Source: Azolla caroliniana
Lineage: Eukaryota > Plantae > Polypodiophyta
Direction: 5' to 3'
Assembly: GCA_043228905.1 (NCBI GenBank)
Contig: JBHGNT010000022.1
Coordinates: 5,332,001-5,396,000, forward strand
Length of the DNA stretch: 64,000 bases
In this document: positions 48,496-61,128 of the stretch, piece by piece
Layout of the letters: each line of letters starts with the position of its first letter
How positions within the stretch are numbered: the first letter of the stretch is position 1
Program-made: the position numbers and the translations under genes
Notes under the pieces: generated by a model
What the model was told of the DNA's origin: nothing
Seen by the model: the letters and a program-made list of their open reading frames with translations, nothing else
Databases searched by the model: none

Positions 48496-51400
48496 CTATG
48501 AATTCCATGGCATACTGTTGTAAATACATTCATACACATTAGCACTAACTGTGTATAAACCTGAGCAGCCATTGTATTGCGACATTGGGACATTGATGCA
48601 CCTGACCAAATGAGAGTACATGTACGCAACTAGTTTGTCTTCTAATAGCCTATACACATAATCGTAATCATCTAGTCTTGCATAAAAAATACCTTCGATG
48701 TAGAATGTCCTGGTAGATACAACATTTCCCCAAGCATCTAATATATTCAGCATTGCACACTGTTTACTAACCGTGCACTTCAATATATAGAAATCAACAC
48801 CCTCTGAATTGCCTTCTTCTACATTTACAGCGAAATTATCCCCAACATTTAAGACATCACTCAAAGTATCTCCACGTCCTTGATATGTGAAGTCAACATT
48901 CTTTTCTGTTTCTCCATCAACTGCTTTCTTATCGGTCAATGTATGATACTCCTAATTCTGAATATATGTTGTGTTTAAACAATACCTCCAATTTCCCTAC
49001 ACACAATGGAAGCAAAAACAAGTTAATTCTCTAACCGCAATACAATGATCATCCAACCTAGAATAACCGCGAACACCATGGAGAGATCGCAATTCGGGAA
49101 TTCCTTGGCACTCACAAGTCTTCTCCCTATTTACTTCATCTATCTTCACTTCCCAAAATTCATGTTTGATATCTTGGACCTGCGAGGAATAAGCACTAGT
49201 TGCACTCGTTGACATATTATCTCTTAAAAATTCAACTACATGTGCTGCACAATTCATCTGCACACCATCTGCGTTTAGTTGTTCATGGGTAAGTGCCCGC
49301 TTCCTAGAGATACTACAAATAGAGATGCCAAATCCCTTGGTTTAAGCGAATTCCTAACTAGATCCTTGCTTTTACACACCTTTCCTTCGAAATTGGTGTC
49401 AACTGACTCAAATAACTGGACAGAGATTAATATTTCACTACTAAATTCATTTAGACACCACCTAAATCTACTAGGGCCACAATCTTGACATAAACCCATG
49501 ACACAATTATGACTGTGGAAGGTGGCCTCAATTTCTCTCAGACACAATACTGAATCTAAAAGACAACTCATGGACGAGATAACATGCTCAGATGATTTAC
49601 AGTGCTCATGCGGGTTCGATTGACAAATTGGGCACTCATAAGTGCAAACTGCATTTGTTAGGGAGGTACTATGGTGACATAGTAGATTAACAAAGTCCTT
49701 GAGAAAACCCATTTGTACATGGTAAATGCAACAACATGTGTATCGATCCTTCAAGCATCTCACAAAGTGTGGCTTAAGAGACTCGAATGTTCGTAGTTGA
49801 ACTTTGATATTTGGATGCATTCGCCTGAACCTAATAAATAAATCGACATGCGATATAAAATGGACATACTAATTAGCTCTATGGCTAAGTGGTAGCTAAT
49901 TAGCTACTACCATAGTTTAATACACCAACTAATTAGCAACTATCATAGTTTAGTACAATAGGTAGTTAACTAAGTGGTAGCTAAATAGTTTAGTACAATA
50001 GCTAATAAGCTAAGTGGTAGCTAATTAGCTACTACCATACTTTAGTATAGTAGCTAATTAGCTAAGTGGTAACTAATTAGCAACTACCATAGTTTAATAC
50101 AACAACTAATTCACTAAATTGTAGCTAATTAGCTACTACCATGGTTTAGTGCGGTAGCTAATTAGCTAAGTGGTAGCTAAATAGTTTAGTACAATAGCTA
50201 ATTAGCTAAATGGTAGCTAATTAGCTAAATGATAGCTAATTAGCTACTATTGTGGTTTAATACAATAGCTAATTAGCTATAATTGTAGCTAATTAGCTAC
50301 TCCCATGGTTTAGTACAGTAGCTAATTAGCTACTACCATAGTTTAGTTTAGTGTAACTAATTAGCAACTACCATAGTTTAATACAGTAGTTAATCAGGTA
50401 CTACCATAGTTTAATACAGTAGTTAATTAGCTACCACTTAGCTAATTAGCTAAGTGGTAGATAATTAGCTACTACCAAAGTTTAATACAATAGTTATGTT
50501 GTCTAAGTGGTAGCTAATTAGCTATTACCATACTCTAGTTGAGTAGCTAATTAGCTAAGTGGTAGCTAATTAGCTACTACCATAGTTTAATACAATAGCT
50601 AATTAGCTACTACCATAGTTTAGTATAGTAACTAATTAGCTACTACCATAGTTTAATACAATAGCTAATTAGCTACTACCATAGTTTAGTATAGTAGCTA
50701 ATTAGCTACTACCATAGTTTAATACAATAGCTAATTAGCTACTACCATAGTTTAGTATAGTAGCTAATTAGCTAAGTGGTAGCTAATCAACTACTACCAT
50801 AGTGTAGTACAGTAGCTAATTATGTAAGTGGTAGGTAATTAGCTACTACCATAGTTTAGTACAATAGCTAATTAACTACCACTTAGCTATTAGCTACTAC
50901 CATAGTTTAGTATAGTCGCTAATTAGCTAAGTGGTAGCTAATTAGCTACTACCATAATTTAGTATAATAGCTAATTAGTCAAGTGGTAGGTAATTAGCTA
51001 CTACCATAGTTTAGTATAGTAGCTAATTAGTTTAGTGGTAGCTAATTAGCGACTACCATACTTTAGTTATAGTGGCTAATTGGCTAGTACCATACTTTAG
51101 CTGAGTCGCTAATTAGCTAACTTGTATCTAATTAGCTACTACCATACTTTAGCTGAGTAGCTAATTAGCTAAGTGGTAGCTATAATTAGCTCTACCATAC
51201 TTTAACTGAGCAGCTAATTAGCTAAGTGGTAGCTAATTAGCTAGTACCATAGTTTAGTACAATAGCTAATTAGTTAAGTGGTAGCTAATTAGTTAAGTGG
51301 TAGCTAATTAGTTCCTACCATACTTTAGTTATAGTGGCTAATTAGCTACTACCATACTTTAGCTGAGTCGCTAATTAGCTAACTGGTAATTAATTAGCTA

Positions 51401-52642
51401 CTACCATACTTCAGTTGAATAGCTAATTAGCTAAGTGGTAGCTAATTAGCTACTACCATAGTTTAATACAGTAGCTAATTAACTAAATGGTAGCTAAATA
51501 GCTACTACTATAGTTTAGTACAATCGCTAATTAGCTACTACCATAGTTTAGTACAATAGCTATTCCAGTAGGGGATTAGCAATTCTGTTAGCTAATTAGC
51601 TATAGTCATATGCAGCTAATTAGCTACTCTGGTAGCTAATTAGGTATTGTTATAGGCAGCTAATTAGCTATTGTGGTAGCTAACTAGCTATTGTGGTAGC
51701 TAAATAGCTATGTTCGATATTCTTAGGGAGCTAATTAGCTATTCTGGTAGCTAATTATCTATTACTGGTAGCTACTTATCTGTGGTCATTTTGGTAGGTA
51801 ATTAGCTATTCGGGTATGGTCATATTCAGAGGTAGCTAATAACTTAACTAACTAAGCTCAAAAGTCAAAACAAATGTTGAGATAAATGTAAATACCTGAG
51901 GTACATCAAGAATATGAATGCGATGCTCCTCATATTGACTCCTTCCAACGCGTTTCCGGCATAAATCCTTCTGATTGGGTGAAACCCTACTCTCATTAGT
52001 CCAAAATATTGTGATTATATCCTTGATTTCTGATGTTATGGGTGTCATTGGCTTACATCTTGTTGTTAGCTTTAGCAGACTAGTTCCTTCACCCGATGAA
52101 ACTATCCGGTTCAATGTATTGTACACACTTTTTCTACTAACACCAATAGTGATGTTAATATCGTCAACATCACTATTAAGTAACATCATTAGACTAGAAC
52201 TTTTGAAGATAATATCATCTTCTGACTTGCTCATGGATACGAAACTATTATAGAGATTATTTACTAGTACAAATGTTATGTTTGCATTAAGACCATTACA
52301 ATCAACTAACTCCTTTATCGATGGATCATTTAATATTCCATAAAGTACTACCTTCTTGTCTTCATTGGTAATGTGCTTGGTTTGAACATTGAAATAGTCT
52401 ACAACCTTTCTCTGTATGATAGTAGTCTCATTATTGCTATTCTCAATGATATTTGGACCTATATTGCAACCAATAATATCTTTACCTTTAGTGAGTGTGG
52501 CTTTCGTATCTTTCAACAATTGACGATGTTTTCTTTTTTTTTCGGCCCAATACTTTCGTATTGCTTGTTGTGTCCTGATAGTGTCATCCCTATCCTGATG
52601 ATCATTGAGGGGTAATTCTAAACACCCTCCTTCCCCTTCCAT
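48496..52642 (-). pseudogene. Sola2-like transposase, intron-containing, catalytic core deleted
   Basis: SRVSPNQKD, HPNIKV...FESLKP...TCCCIYH, NCVMGLCQDCG, KRAL..EQL, RSLH, RELTCFCFHC, VGDNFAV. Predicted intron 49848-51895 keeps frame (acceptor reads AT, not AG). Superfamily assignment is from motif recall. Confidence 0.72.
49868..51850. repeat. TAGCTAATTAGCTA palindrome array 2, filling the transposase intron
   Basis: About 2 kb of the same unit as array 1, same orientation on the plus strand. Confidence 0.95.
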
Positions 52643-52799
52643 TTGGCTTGACGAGTTTAAACCCTAATTTTCCGGAAAAAAAGACACGTATTAAAGATGG
52701 CTATGGGCAACAACAATACACAAAAATATTCCGCAATACACAAGATTATACACAACAATGCACAAGATAATCAATAGACAAAATAGTTATTCAAATCCA

Positions 52800-53830
52800 A
52801 GATCGAACAGTGGCGGTAATCCAGGGCCGAATATTGGTGGCAATTGAGTGTAGAATGGCGGTAGTGGAGGAGTGAACTCCGTTTGATCGAATAGTTTTGA
52901 CAATCCAAGACTGAACAATGGTGACAACTAAGTGTAGAATGATGGCAATGGAGAAGTGAAGTCCGTCATATCAAACTGTGGCAGATGATGCTTGGAACGC
53001 ACAATGACGACAATTGAGAGTACAATGGCAGTACTGGAGACGGAGTGAACTCCTTCGGATCGAAAAGTGGTAGCAATACACGACCGAACAATAGTGGCAA
53101 CTAAGTGTAGAATGATGGCAATGGATGAGTGAAGTCCATCAAATCGAAAAGTGGCAGCAATCCAAGACCAAAGAGTAGCGGCAACTAAGTGTAGAATGAT
53201 GGCAATGGAGGAGTGAACTCCGTCGGATCGAACTGTGGCAGATGATGCTTGGAACGCATAGTGACAACAACTGAAAGTAGAATGGTAGTAGTGGAGAAGG
53301 AGTCAACTCCTTCGGATCAAAAAGTGGTAGCAATATACGACCGAACAGTAGCGACAACTAAGTGTAGAATGATGGCAATGGATGAGTGAACTTCGTGAAA
53401 TCGAAAAGTGGCAGCAATCCAGGACCGAACAGTAGCAACAACTAAGTGTAGAATGATGGCAATGGGTGAGTGAACTCCGTCAGATTGAACAGTGGTAGAT
53501 GATGCTTGGAATACACAGTGACAACAACTGAGAGTAGAATGGCGGCAGTGGAGAAGGAGTTAACTCCGTCGGATCGAAAAGTGGCAGCAATATACGACCT
53601 TCACAGTAGCGGCAACTGAGTGTAGAGTGGCGGCAATGGAGGAGTGAACTTGGAAGATGATGCTTGGACTGAACAGTGGCGGCAACTGAGTGTAGAATGG
53701 CGACAATGGAGGAGTGAATTCCGTCGGATCGAATAGTGGCAGATGATACTTCGAACACACAATGCCGGTAACTGAGTGTAGAATGACGGCAATAGAGGAG
53801 TGGACTCAATAGGGTTTAGCAATAGTGGTA
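52800..53830. repeat. ~85-bp tandem array (about 12 monomers) with ~257-bp trimer periodicity, upstream of the transposase
   Basis: Core GTGTAGAATG...GGAGTGAACTCCGTCGGATCGAA; variant GATGATGCTTGGAA recurs at 52984, 53241 and 53498. Confidence 0.9.
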
Positions 53831-55299
53831 GTAATCTAAGCCAAAATACTCAACCAGAGATGGCCCACGTGATGTGGCAAAGGATCATGCATAATGGACC
53901 TAGGAATTCGGTATATAATTTATGGTGCACGATTATGTTGCACATTTATGGTGCTCATTTATATAATTAAAACTCTCTACTATTTTCAATGGTAGCTTTT
54001 TGCATAGCTAATTTATCAATGGTAGCATTTTGCATAGCTAATTAGCTATGTCAAGGACATAGCTAATTGTTTCCACTCTCAAGCTTTCACCCATGACATC
54101 TCTCCAAGCATACATCAATGGGATATAGTCCTTTTATGTTGATATATGGTTTTCAACCACAGGCCCTGATTGATGTTAATATACATCATGATGAGTTGCG
54201 AAGTATGCAAAACTTTCTTCGGGATATGCAAGATATGTTGCATATTGCACGAGATAATATAAAAACAACTCAAGATAGAGCTCGTTTTTATGCCGATCAT
54301 AATAGGCAACCTCGTGTATTCAACCCTGGACAGAAGGTATTTTTACGTGTACCTCACAATTCTAAGACATTGTCTACGGGTAAGTCCGCTAAGTTAGCCC
54401 CATGGTTTTGTGGACCTTTTACAGTCCTCAAAAGTATTGGTTCATCAACCTATCGTCTTGCTCTTTCTGATGGCATTGAAATCCATCCAGTTTTCCATGT
54501 GACTCGTCTAAAAGAACTTCTTGGTTCTAACAACAATACAATCACAACTGACACTCTAGTTACTTTTGAAGAATTTTCTTCTAAAGTACATGTACCAGAG
54601 AGAATTCTCGATGTAAAACGAAATATTTACATTCTAAAATAATCTTAGAATTTAAAGTTAAATGGATGGATAAGTCTATACAAGATGCTACATGGGAATG
54701 AGAAAATAGACTTAAAACTAACTTCCCTAACATTCATTGCAAGAGTGGAATGTTTTAAAGAGGGGGATGGCCATATAATATCTTGTGGTAAGATTGTACC
54801 GTAGTATTCTATACACGTGCATAAAGTGTGAGGGTTAAAGGAGAGTGTAAAGAAGGAAAGGATTACTTTTAATCCTTGGGATTGAAACAACCCATTAAGG
54901 CCAAGTGTGAACTTGCTACCCCCATTTGACACATTATCGACTATGTCCAGACTCTGTCCTCATGATGATCAAGTCTTGAAGCGAGTTCACCAATACCAGG
55001 CACGACTCGACACCATGGAGGTAGTATAAGACGCCGATCGAGGCTCGAGTCCGTCTCGATCCCTTCGTTCGGGGGTGGAGGGTGGTCGGGTGGATCGGCA
55101 ACCTTCTTTCTCTCTCTCCTCTCTATTTTCTAATCTATATTTCCTTATCATATGCTTACATTTGGATCTAGGTCTAACATTCCCGTAGTCGTTTTAGTAC
55201 TTGACGAGCATGAGAATCATGCACCTCTTGTGTTTTTGAATAAATCAATAGATTGTCCATATAGATGATTATGCAGGTGTCCAAGAGATATCGAAAAAT

Positions 55300-55990
55300 T
55301 TGACTAGTCATGTGCTGAAAAACTGTTGGTGCATTTTTGAGACTGAATGACATAACTATATACTAAAAAAGCCCATATCGAGTGCAGAAAGCTATCTTCC
55401 ATTTGTCTCCTAGCCAAATCCGTACAAGGTTCTTACCTATGTAAAAGCTACCTTGTAAATCATCTTTGTAAAATATTTTGCATCGTCAAGCCATTTTAAA
55501 AGACTAGAGATCAATGGGAGTTCTTACCTATTCTTGATAGTAACTTTATTTGAACCTTGGTAATCTATGACTAGATGAAGTGAACCGTCTATTTTCTTCA
55601 CAAAGGAAATGGGTGTAGCAGCTGGATATTTTGAAAGTGTCAAATGAATCCATTTGCCAAGTTTTTCTCAATGTATGCTCAAAGAGCCTTAGGCTCAATT
55701 GGTGACAAATTGTGGATTTCTTATTCATTTTGATTTCAAGATTACATTTCATCCATGCAAGCAACAAGGGAAAATGGATGCATTATCACGACATTCATAT
55801 CTAGCACCTCATCTTGGTGATGCAACCTTCGATAATAAAAAACAGGTATCCTCGATCTTGCACACCTTCAAGTAATCACTATCTTTGATACTCCACTAGG
55901 TGCAAGCATTGTTGATACTATTTTTCATGATCTCAAGACAAATATCTTTGCTTAAGACTTCTTAGATCATATTGATCCGATTTCGGGGCA
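55300..55990 (+). pseudogene. Highly decayed gypsy RT/RNase H fragment
   Basis: Relic motifs near 55680-55800 (FDFKITFHP..QQGKMDALSR). Confidence 0.55.
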
Positions 55991-56039
55991 ATATCATGAC
56001 ACCCGCCACCTTTTGATTTAATATTATCCTTTTCTTTAT

Positions 56040-56830
56040 GCTTCAAGGCATACCAAGCTTTCTTAAAATGCCCTTTCTTATGGCAATAATGAAATTCAAT
56101 ATGTTTCCTCCTAGATTTGCGTCTACTACTATCATTTCTAGTATGCTTCTGAGTTTGGCTCCTACCATGTTACTGGTTCTTGTGAGAACCAACCTCATAT
56201 ACTTATATGCATGTCCACTATGAGGTGTGGCCATAAATTCCAATGAATTTCTTGATTCAGTAAAGCTCCACATGTATCATTATAGATCAACTTCCCATTT
56301 GGCTTGCTAACAACAATACAAAATGTGTCCTAAGAGGTAGGCAACGTGCATTTCAATTCACCATCCATAGTCATTTTTTGTGCCTTCAATTGAGACCATA
56401 ATGCATCAAAGTCATTCAAATGGGAAGTACTATTATCATTGTCCTTCAAGCAAAAACCATAGAGTTTCCTCAGTAGATGGGTTTTATTTGATGTGTTCTC
56501 CTTCTTGTACTCATAATTTTGTCCACAATTTTTCAGGCGAGTCACAATCCAAGACCATGATATATGTGTTGTCTACTAGATGCAATCTTATCATGGATAT
56601 TGAAAAAATATTGAGCTCTTTCGAGTCATCATTGATCATGCCTTCACATCTATTGGCTTCACCACTCGATGGCCTTAACTGTCTTCTTTGATTCAATACA
56701 TGTCTCATTTGATTCTTCTACAAGACAGAATTAGATTCATTAGACTTGCGGATCTCAAGGTGATCCTTCTCAATGATAGAATAATTCCTATTAGAACCAA
56801 AATAACCATTGTGTGAGGTACTTGTAGACT
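56040..56830 (-). pseudogene. Decayed copia gag fragment
   Basis: SMIRLHLVDN...EKLWTKL and HLNDFDALWSQL resemble copia gag. Confidence 0.6.
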
Positions 56831-56940
56831 CATACATTTCAAAATCCATTAGAAAATATTTTAGGTGATTGTAACCCTAACCACCTACTCATAGATGGGA
56901 CGCTACTCACTAGCCGATCTCAAGAACAACTATCACTTTG

Positions 56941-58540
56941 TGTCAAACCACGTATACCCCTATCAGAACCAAGAGAAAAGATAGAATGATAGAAGAAAGA
57001 TATAAAGAAATCACAAGTAGAGAAGAATGAATGTATTAGATAGAATTAGAATGGATACAAGATAGGTGATGAGAGCTTATGATTGGTGTTGATTCGAATT
57101 GGTTTGAGAAGAATTGTATGTCTATCTTTATAGGTTCCTATAGAATAGCCTAGAGATTTCTATAATGTTCTAGAATGATCTAGACCTAGAATATTCTAAA
57201 ATGTTCTAGGATATTCTAGAATGTTCTAGAATGTTCTAGAGTATTTACAATAATCAGTGTATTACAAGAAGTAGCTTTTATCATCTCATATTATCATAGG
57301 CTATTTTAATGGTTAGGTTCTTGATTATGTATTACAAGGTCTTGGGTTCAAGCCCAAGTGAAGCCATGATGTTTATGTATCCATGACACTATCCCCCTTC
57401 AAGAACGACGAGTGGAAGGCGACGTTAACAATGTAGGGCCCGGTTTTTTTAGATAGCGGCGATGGAAGTCATTAACAAGAGCTTGAGCATTAAAAAAATT
57501 ATTGACGGGTTCCCAAGTACGATCACTCGGCCTATAGCCTACCCAATCAACTAGATAATAGAGCTTATTCTGCACAATCTTAGAGTCAAGAATAGAAACT
57601 ACCTTGTATTCGGGGCCGTTAGCAAGTTGGACAGAGGGCGGAGGTGGCACGACATGATTAGGAATGAAAGAGGTGTGAGAAGGTTCTAAAAGAGAGCTAT
57701 GAAAGACTTGGTGAAGCCGCATGTGTGTTGGAAGATTAAGAGGAAAGGTTGCATCATTAATCCACACAATGATGAGAAAAGGACCTAAGCATTGATAATC
57801 GAGCTTCTCACATGGCTGGGTAGTCTTGATGTGATGACAAAGAAACCATACTTGGTCACCAACCTTGCACTCTTGCAATGGAAACTTAGGGAAGTTAGTT
57901 CTAAGAATATTTTCGCGTTCCCATGTGGCATCTTTGATAGATTTCTCCATCCATTTAATTTTAAATTCTCAGATTATTTTTGTACGCAATAGGTTTTGTA
58001 GACTTATGCGTTTGACCTTTTAAAAGATCAGTAAACGGCGTCATCAATTGGGAGTAATTACGAAGGGATTTTCGCAAAAACCCAACAAAACCAAGGAATG
58101 ATCAAACTTCTCAAATATTACGAAGAGTGGGCCAAAGTTTAATTTTCTCGATGCGAGAAGGATCAATTTGAACTCCTCGTTCGGTTATGAGATGTCCAAG
58201 ATAAGTAATTGATTTTTCTTAAAGAACTCGCATTTTAAGATCTTTGCGTAGAATTGCTTGTCGCGCAATGTTTGTAATAGAAAGCGGACATGTTTAGCAC
58301 ATTCTTCTAATGTACGACTATAAACTAAAATATCTTCTAAGAAAATAACGACAAATTTTCCAAGTTGTTCTCAGAAAATATCATTCAGTTCTTGTTGAAA
58401 TGTGGCCAGAGCATTGGTCAAACCAAAGGCATAACCAAAAACTCATAATAGCCATAACGCGTACGAAATGTTGTTTTAGGAACATCGTCCTCGCTTATAC
58501 GAATTTGATGGTAGCCCATAGAGAGACCAAGCTCCCTGAA
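56941..58540 (-). mobile_element. Chromovirus 3' end (LTR 56941-57388, PPT, integrase tail plus chromodomain) joined to other gypsy fragments
   Basis: ORF 57399-57950 KLDYQCLGPF...YLVDWVGY...TWEP; PPT ~57389-57400; deleted RT relic 58000-58540. Confidence 0.75.
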
Positions 58541-58599
58541 CACGGTCAATTACATCGTCAGCCAGGGGCAATGGATATTGTTAAGAAATGGAGTCTGTG

Positions 58600-59733
58600 G
58601 TGATTGCAATGCAGCGGAAGGTGAGAGACTATGTGTGTAGCAAAAGAGAGAGAGAGAGAGAGTGTGTGTGTGAGAGCTCAAGACAGAGATAATCAACTGT
58701 ATATTACATAAGACTTCCAACTATGACTAAGTTACAATGCGTTGGTTTATATACCAACTAAGCTAGGGCAAGTGCCCTTTCTACTATTTACAAAACTAGC
58801 CCAACATGTCCATGAGCTAGTGTGAAACCTATCTATGGGAAGTTGAGTTCGATTCTCAACACGCCCCTTCGAACACAACTTCCATCTATTCGGTTTGAAG
58901 TTTGGCGTGCATATCTGCGTATCAATGTGTACTCTACATACTCCCCCCCAAGCACGGCAATGTAGGCGGCATGAGACCAAGATCCGATGCGAATTGCCCG
59001 AGCTTATCTACTCCTAAAGCCTTCATAAATATATCAGCAAATTGAAGTTGCGTGTTGATATGTTGGAGATCAATTTCTCCGCCCTGTACGTGCTCGCGGA
59101 TGAAGTGGTAGTGCACTTCGATGTCTTTAGTTCGCGTGTGAAATACTCATGTTGTCGCAGTACAAGCGTATTGGATCTTTGCTACGAACGCCCAGATCCT
59201 TTAGTACGCGCTTAAGCCATACGGTTTCACATGCGGCGATTGCCGCACCCCTGTATTCGGCTTCTGTGCTCGACAGTCCGATTGTTGGTTGTTTCTTGCT
59301 GCTCCAGGAGATCGCTCCGATGCCGAGGAAGAAGACGAATCCGGATGTCGATCTTCTATTTGCTTTGTATCCTGCCCAGTCCGCGTCCGTGTACCCTCCG
59401 AGTCGAATAGTCGTATTTGACTTATATAAGATGCCATGATCCATTGTCGTACTGACATACTATAGTATCCTCTTAGCACAATCGAGATGAAGGTTACGCG
59501 GATTCTACATGAAATTGGCTAAGTAGGCCGACTAAATAACTTAGGACGGCTCACGTAATGGTGAGATAGATCAAGCTACTGATCAATTGGCGATACTGAG
59601 TTGGTTCAGTCTCGGCCGTGCCGGAACTGGCATCAATCTTGATATTGCGATCAAGAGGGGTAGTCACAGGTTTGCACTCTGCCATTTCGAATTTGTACAG
59701 TAAGTTGAGAACGTAATGTCGTTGTGAGATCAT
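58600..59733 (-). mobile_element. Copia 3' part (RT end, RNase H, PPT, probable LTR), interrupted at 59734
   Basis: YTDADWAG, SSTEAEY, YCDN, QFADIFMK; PPT 58939-58950; LTR left limit uncertain. Confidence 0.8.
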
Positions 59734-61128
59734 TGTTACCCGGCCAACAAAGGAGTTAAAGACCAGAATGTGAAAGGGAATGCTTATTCGGAATAGATTA
59801 TAATTAAGTAGTTTATAAGAAGTGAACGGATGGACCGGAATCGGTATGCCGATCCGGATTTGAACCGGTTCCGAACTGGTGCCGGTTGGCACCGTTTTGT
59901 ACTCAACACCGGTGACCTATATAAAGGCCCAGTTACAATGTAAAACTTTGACGGATAATTAATAGAGATTCTTGTTTTATCTTTAAGTATTGATTACCGT
60001 TCTATACTAATTGTTCTATCATACGCGTGTATCAAGTCTAATGCCATATTGCTAAGTAAGCAATTAAGTCTGATTAATCGTTGTGTCTTAAGTTATCTCA
60101 CCGTAACACCCCTTTGGTGAACTGTCTTCCGTAGACACCCTATGTTAGGCCATTGTCCGGCCCTAAGGAATAACACAGTTTTTGGCGACCACGATTCCTG
60201 CACAAGCGCAACGAACATCGGCGGGAATGGATGACGCGACCAACGAACGACCCGGTTACGGAGCGAGCAAGGAGACTTGCTGAACGGCTGAGGAAGCGAG
60301 AGGCTTTCCAACAAGCAGCAGAAGAAATCAGAGCGGATCGCTCATTTTCCAAAGTGATCCGAAGAGTGGCCAAGGAGTCACTTCGTTTACAACAAAACGA
60401 CTACCCGGACGAAGGAAGCGGAATCCCTTCTCCAGGCATTGGCAGCGGGCGAAGGCGAATCCGAAGCATTTTCGGCTTTTGAATCGGGTTCGGACGGGGT
60501 ATACAACGAGCTGACGAACTACCGTAGTAGTAACGACACCCCAGACGGACCGGAACCAAAATTGACAACGTTGGAACCTCCGGCACCAGAAGTCGAGCAC
60601 ACTCCGGAACCAAAAGTCTAGGACGAGAGACCTCCGACACCGGAAGTCGCGGAGGAGAGGCCTCCAACATCGACAAAGGAGCGGGACAGACCTTTGACGC
60701 TGACAAAGGAGGAGGAAAGACCACCGACACCACCAGCCTGCGTACCGACACTAGACGATGATATGCCATTCCAATATCCCAGATACCGGGATGATCCAGA
60801 CGCGGAATCCCACGTCCATGCGTTTCAGCAGACGTGGGAGGAAAACCATGTGTCCCAACGCTTAAGTGCAGCCAAAGAGGAACACTCAAAAAGGGCAGAG
60901 TTCACCATGACCTTGGAGGGACCGGCCGCCAGATGGCACCGAACACAAGATCCCAGCACCATCCCCACGTTTAAAACATTAAAGACAAAATTCTTGCATT
61001 TCTTTCACAAGGAAATGGGCCAACGGGAAATGGTAGGCTTATTTTACAAGATCCGGCAGGAACCAACGGAGAACATTCAACAATTTGACATCCGGTCCCA
61101 ACGGATCCACAGTCAGCTCAGCCACAAC
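59734..61128 (+). mobile_element. 5' part of a relative of the 5693-22990 gypsy (LTR 59734-60175, PBS from 60183, broken gag 60231-61128)
   Basis: TGTTA...TAACA LTR; gag MTRPTNDPVTERARRLAER and DDDMPFQYPRYRDDPDAE match 6166-7209. Confidence 0.9.

Larger units (their letters stand above)
38862..54092. mobile_element. 15.2-kb TIR DNA transposon, Sola2-like
   Basis: 25-bp TIRs GGGTGAAAGCATGCGAGTGGAAACA (38862-38886) and 54068-54092 with 2 mismatches; interrupts a gypsy integrase; transposase-like ORFs on the minus strand; TSD not cleanly preserved. Confidence 0.85.
37809..55160 (+). mobile_element. Decayed chromovirus-type gypsy 3' part (RH-IN-chromodomain-LTR), split by the DNA transposon
   Basis: 37809-38861: ELFAVIHAL, ISMDFI, DRDPKFTSDFW, HPQSDGQT, LEFSY. 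Resumes at 54093 with SKHTSMGYSPF, GPF, HPVFHV and chromodomain relic DATWE. PPT 54757-54770; probable LTR 54774-55160. Confidence 0.85.

Noticed and set aside
53139-53822. Cys/His-rich repetitive ORFs
   Set aside because: Translations of the 85-bp tandem array with inconsistent frames.
41157-53830. CRISPR-like repeat-spacer arrays
   Set aside because: The spacers are themselves repeated variants, there are no cas genes, and the context is a eukaryotic transposon.
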